Source of the DNA: Nitrospirota bacterium
Lineage (GTDB): Bacteria > Nitrospirota > UBA9217
Direction: 5' to 3'
Assembly: GCA_963737155.1 (NCBI GenBank)
Contig: CAVTRN010000002.1
Span: 992,001 to 1,056,000 of the forward strand
DNA: 64,000 nt
Shown: positions 60,409 to 64,000 of the stretch, one piece after another
Numbering within the stretch: the stretch's first letter is position 1
Layout: every line of letters begins with the position of its first letter
Program-made: the position numbers and the translations under genes
The notes under the pieces: model-generated
Databases searched by the model: none
The model's input: the letters and a program-made list of their open reading frames with translations, nothing else
Told to the model about the DNA's origin: nothing

Positions 60409-62691
60409 CTATGCCGTTTTTTCATTAATTGGTTCGGATTCAGTTTTTGGCTCTTCCTTGTATCCGCATTCCTTGTTTAGGCAAGCTATGTAAGGACCTG
60501 TCTTTTTGGAATACTTTTCAACAAGGAAAGGAGCATTACATTGGGGACAGGCACGCTGGATAGGTTTGTACCATATGGCATATTTGCAGGCTGGGTAATT
60601 AGCGCAGGAGTAAAACATCTTGCCGAAACGCGAGCGTCGCTCCACGATATTGCCGCCATCCTCCGGACAGGTCACGCCTGTTGACATCCCCTGGGTGTGG
60701 TTGCAATCGGGATAACGGGAACAAGCCAGAAACTTTCCAAATCGTCCGCGCTTAACGATCATGCCGGAACCGCACTTCGGGCATTTCTCATCAGTGGTTT
60801 CCTCGGGCGCACTTTCTACTCCGCCGCCCTCGGTGCGAACAAAGGGCTTGGCGTTCTTGCATTCGGGATACCCACTGCAGGCAAGGAATTGACCGTTCCT
60901 GCCCCACTTGATGACCATTGGCTTCCCGCATTTTTCGCAATTGATATCCGTTGGCGTTAACTCAGCTTTGAAGTCTTTCATTTCAGCCTGAGCTTTTTCA
61001 AGGCTTTCACTGAAGGGCCGGTAAAAGTCCCTGACTGCATCCACCCAGGGCATCTCGCCTTCTTCTATCTTGTCGAGTTCACCCTCCATTTTGGCAGTGA
61101 ACTCGACGTCCATAACGACCGGGAAATGGCTTACCAGCAGGTTGCTCACAAGTATGCCGAGTTCGGTGGGACGGAACTTGTTTTCCACTTTGTTCACGTA
61201 ATCCCGCTCCTGGATGGTTGAAATGATCGCAGCGTATGTGCTCGGCCGGCCAATGCCATTTTCCTCAAGAGTTTTCACGAGCAAAGCTTCGGAAAAACGC
61301 GGTGGCGGCTGGGTGAAGTGCTGTTTGGGATCTAGTTTAATGAGCGTGATCTGGTCACCTTCGGTCAAGGGGGGCAGGACCGCTTCGTCGTTATCTTCAT
61401 CAGGAACGGCATCCTCCGCTTTTTCTTCCATGTACACTGCCATGAAACCGCGGAATTTTACAATCGACCCTGTGGCGCGGAAGGTATAGTCACCAGCCTT
61501 GATGTCCACCGATGTTTGATCGATGATCGCGGGATTCATCTGGCTCGCCACGAAGCGGTTCCAGATCAGCTTGTAGAGCTTGTACTGGTCGTTCTCCAGA
61601 TATTGCTTGATTGCATCGGGCTCACGAAGCACCGACGTGGGGCGGATTGCCTCGTGTGCTTCCTGCGCCGACTTTGCGCTTGCATAGACGGGCGGCTTTT
61701 CGGGGACATAATCTCTGCCATATTTCCCGGCAATGAATTCCCGCGCCTCGTCCTGGGCTTCATTGCCGATGCGGGTAGAGTCCGTTCTCATGTAGGTGAT
61801 AAGACCGACGGCGCCTTCCTTGCCCACATCCACACCTTCATACAAGGACTGGGCGATGCCCATGGTCCGCTTTGCGGTAAATCCCAGTTTGCGGCCTGCC
61901 TCCTGTTGGAGTTTGCTCGTCGTAAAAGGCGGAACCGGGTTGCGTCTGCGCTCCTTCTTGTCCACCTTGGCGACGGCATATGTCTTATTCTGAAGTTGGG
62001 CGAGGACCTGCTGCACTTCCTCATTGTTTTTGATCTTGAGTTTCTCTTCGTCTTTTTTGATGAGTTTCGCTTCGAACTGCGGAGGAAGCCTCCCTTCGAG
62101 CAGCGCGGTGAGTGACCAGAATTCCTCGGGAACAAAAGCCTTGATTTCATCTTCGCGTTCACAGATGAGGCGGAGCGCAACAGATTGAACGCGACCAGCG
62201 GAAAGACCCCGGCGCACCTTCTGCCATAGGATAGGACTGATCTGGTATCCCACAAGCCGATCGAGTACGCGTCGCGCCTGCTGTGCATCGACTTTGTTGA
62301 TGTCGATTTTCCCCGGATGTTCAATCGCCAGCAGGACGGCTTTTTTGGTGATCTCGTTGAACAGAACGCGGTAGATTTCCTGCGTCTTAGTACTGCCAGA
62401 AATGGTTTCTGCAACGTGGTAGGCTATGGCCTCGCCCTCACGGTCGGGGTCGGTTGCGATCAAAATGCGGTCAGCTTTCCTTGCCGCTGCTTTTAGCTCC
62501 TTGACTACTGGCGCCTTACCCTTGATCTGGATGTACTTAGGCTCAAAGTTGTTTTCAATGTCGACGCCAAGCTTGCTTTTGGGCAGGTCCATGATATGTC
62601 CCACCGAAGCTTTGACCGTGAAGTCCTTGCCGAGATATTTGGCAATAGTCTTTGCTTTGGCAGGCGATTCAACGATGACAAGTGATTTCAT
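60409..62691 (-). CDS. topA: DNA topoisomerase I
   Basis: LVIVESPAKAKTI, ATDPDREGEAI, SAGRVQS, GLITYMRTDS, C-terminal C4 zinc ribbons. Confidence 0.98.
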   Translation of the reverse strand: MKSLVIVESPAKAKTIAKYLGKDFTVKASVGHIMDLPKSKLGVDIENNFEPKYIQIKGKAPVVKELKAAARKADRILIATDPDREGEAIAYHVAETISGSTKTQEIYRVLFNEITKKAVLLAIEHPGKIDINKVDAQQARRVLDRLVGYQISPILWQKVRRGLSAGRVQSVALRLICEREDEIKAFVPEEFWSLTALLEGRLPPQFEAKLIKKDEEKLKIKNNEEVQQVLAQLQNKTYAVAKVDKKERRRNPVPPFTTSKLQQEAGRKLGFTAKRTMGIAQSLYEGVDVGKEGAVGLITYMRTDSTRIGNEAQDEAREFIAGKYGRDYVPEKPPVYASAKSAQEAHEAIRPTSVLREPDAIKQYLENDQYKLYKLIWNRFVASQMNPAIIDQTSVDIKAGDYTFRATGSIVKFRGFMAVYMEEKAEDAVPDEDNDEAVLPPLTEGDQITLIKLDPKQHFTQPPPRFSEALLVKTLEENGIGRPSTYAAIISTIQERDYVNKVENKFRPTELGILVSNLLVSHFPVVMDVEFTAKMEGELDKIEEGEMPWVDAVRDFYRPFSESLEKAQAEMKDFKAELTPTDINCEKCGKPMVIKWGRNGQFLACSGYPECKNAKPFVRTEGGGVESAPEETTDEKCPKCGSGMIVKRGRFGKFLACSRYPDCNHTQGMSTGVTCPEDGGNIVERRSRFGKMFYSCANYPACKYAIWYKPIQRACPQCNAPFLVEKYSKKTGPYIACLNKECGYKEEPKTESEPINEKTA

Positions 62692-62779
62692 GTTACAGAC
62701 CTCATAGTACTACCAGGACGCCGAGTAAAAAATGGGGAATCCTTTGTTAAAAATTTCTGCTGTCCTCGACAATGCCCGG

Positions 62780-63250
62780 TTAATTCCAAGAGGTTTTCCT
62801 GATGCGGCGGCCAAACGCGGGAGGATTTGCTTCCTGGTCCTGATAATTGGTGAACAGCGTAAATGCTATGAGCGATTTGATGTGTTCCAGCCCGATCCGT
62901 TCCGGATAGACGGCCATGGCCCGGTCCAGCAATTCTTCCCGTTGGTCCTCTGAGACGATGCCGAGGCATGTCAGCTTGGTGATAAATCCGAATGCTTCGA
63001 TCGCGAAACGGTCACGTTCTTCCCGGTTCATGGTTCTCATGCTTACAGGAGTGCGCTGTCCCGCGAATAAATTATCCGATTCCTTCTGGACCATCGTCTG
63101 CATGAGGGTAAGCGCAGCGTCTGCCTCTTGTAAAATGCAGCCATTGTTCAGGAGCGCCTCCATGATCTTGCCTTCTTCATCAAAGAGCTGTTGTTTGTCT
63201 TGTATCTGGTCCGCGATAAACGAAAACAGGGTCATCATCCGTTCGTCCAA
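62780..63250 (-). CDS. Smg/DUF494-family protein
   Basis: R.M..EE..RF..EA.GF...L...G....QRE.LLDRAM; directly upstream of topA; GGAGG RBS. Confidence 0.7.
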   Translation of the reverse strand: MDERMMTLFSFIADQIQDKQQLFDEEGKIMEALLNNGCILQEADAALTLMQTMVQKESDNLFAGQRTPVSMRTMNREERDRFAIEAFGFITKLTCLGIVSEDQREELLDRAMAVYPERIGLEHIKSLIAFTLFTNYQDQEANPPAFGRRIRKTSWN

Positions 63251-63628
63251 GAAAATTTCCTCCGTATTGAAGCTGCGGAATTATCCGTTTCCCAAGGGGA
63301 AAGCCTTCTCTCTTTTCGGAGTTATCGGATTTTCGCTGCTCCTTTTGCCAATCGTCAGACGTTTCATTTGACATCATCCCTGGGCTGACGGCCGGGGATG
63401 ATGTCATCCAGAAGAGAACTGAATAGTTTTATTTACCATGAACCCGTCCGATGCACAAGTGACCTTCCGCATTCAAGGTCTGAAATTATACAGCGTCGAG
63501 GGATATAGTCAAGTTTTATTTTGCAGTCGGACTTTGATTGTGCTATTCTAGCCGAATAATTACAACGACGTAGCAAGAGCGTTTGCCTTGCACCGGGAGT
63601 GGTTTCACTGATACAAATAAAAGGGGCA

Positions 63629-64000
63629 ATGATGATGCAGAACCTGATTACCACCGTTCTCATCGATTTTGGCGGGGTCCTTGCCGAGGAAGGTTTCCTT
63701 GAGGGTCTGCGGACTCTCGGAGAGAAGAATGGGCTTGATCCCGATGAGTTTTTCAAAACTGCGGACTCCCTGATATACGAAACGGGGTACCTCACCGGAA
63801 AAGCTGATGAAGCCTTTTTTTGGAACGCCATTAGAAAAAGGACCGGAATCAGAGGTGCTGATCAGGATCTTCGTGCGGAAATCCTTGACCGGTTTGCTCT
63901 CAGGCCGGATATGCTGGATCTGGTGGATTCTCTCCGGGGCATGGGAAATATCGTGGCCATGCTAAGCGACCAGACGAACTGGCTTGAGGAAATTGACGGG
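63629..64000 (+). CDS. HAD-family phosphatase (3' end outside window)
   Basis: TTVLIDFGGVLAEEGF motif I, ...VAMLSDQTNWL motif II. Confidence 0.85.
   Translation, partial: MMMQNLITTVLIDFGGVLAEEGFLEGLRTLGEKNGLDPDEFFKTADSLIYETGYLTGKADEAFFWNAIRKRTGIRGADQDLRAEILDRFALRPDMLDLVDSLRGMGNIVAMLSDQTNWLEEIDG

Noticed and set aside
63368-63408. Strong hairpin TGACATCATCCC...GGGATGATGTCA upstream of smg
   Set aside because: Single copy in the window, no U-tract or family match; function cannot be supported

Overview
Bacterial chromosomal window. Gene order suggests Nitrospirota or a deltaproteobacteria-like lineage (inference, not verified). The core backbone is pilT(partial)-alaS-phasin-like-ubiB/aarF-mltG, two peptide ABC permeases, a six-tRNA cluster, tRNA-Leu-tig-clpP-clpX-engB, and smg-topA-xerC-hslVU-argB. 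Two accessory regions interrupt it. (1) A ~28 kb island between tRNA-Lys and tRNA-Leu (about 10237-38636) carries a decayed tyrosine integrase, a Tad/Flp pilus operon with two non-canonical pilins and no prepilin peptidase, a repeat-rich surface lipoprotein, three putative membrane modification enzymes, and a triple-nested insertion sequence. In that nest an IS1380 hosts an IS1634 and an unclassified TIR-less element inserted at TTAG inside its right end, and all junction repeats are readable. (2) An extracellular electron transfer locus (about 43.4-55.2 kb) combines two tandem OmcA/MtrC-type decaheme lipoproteins with a Geobacter Ext-like porin + pentaheme + CxxxxCH multiheme operon, 35 heme-binding motifs in total. 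Two group II intron relics are present: a 3'-truncated class IIC copy directly behind a terminator, and an ORF-less copy between topA and xerC. All family assignments come from motif recognition by eye; no searches were run.
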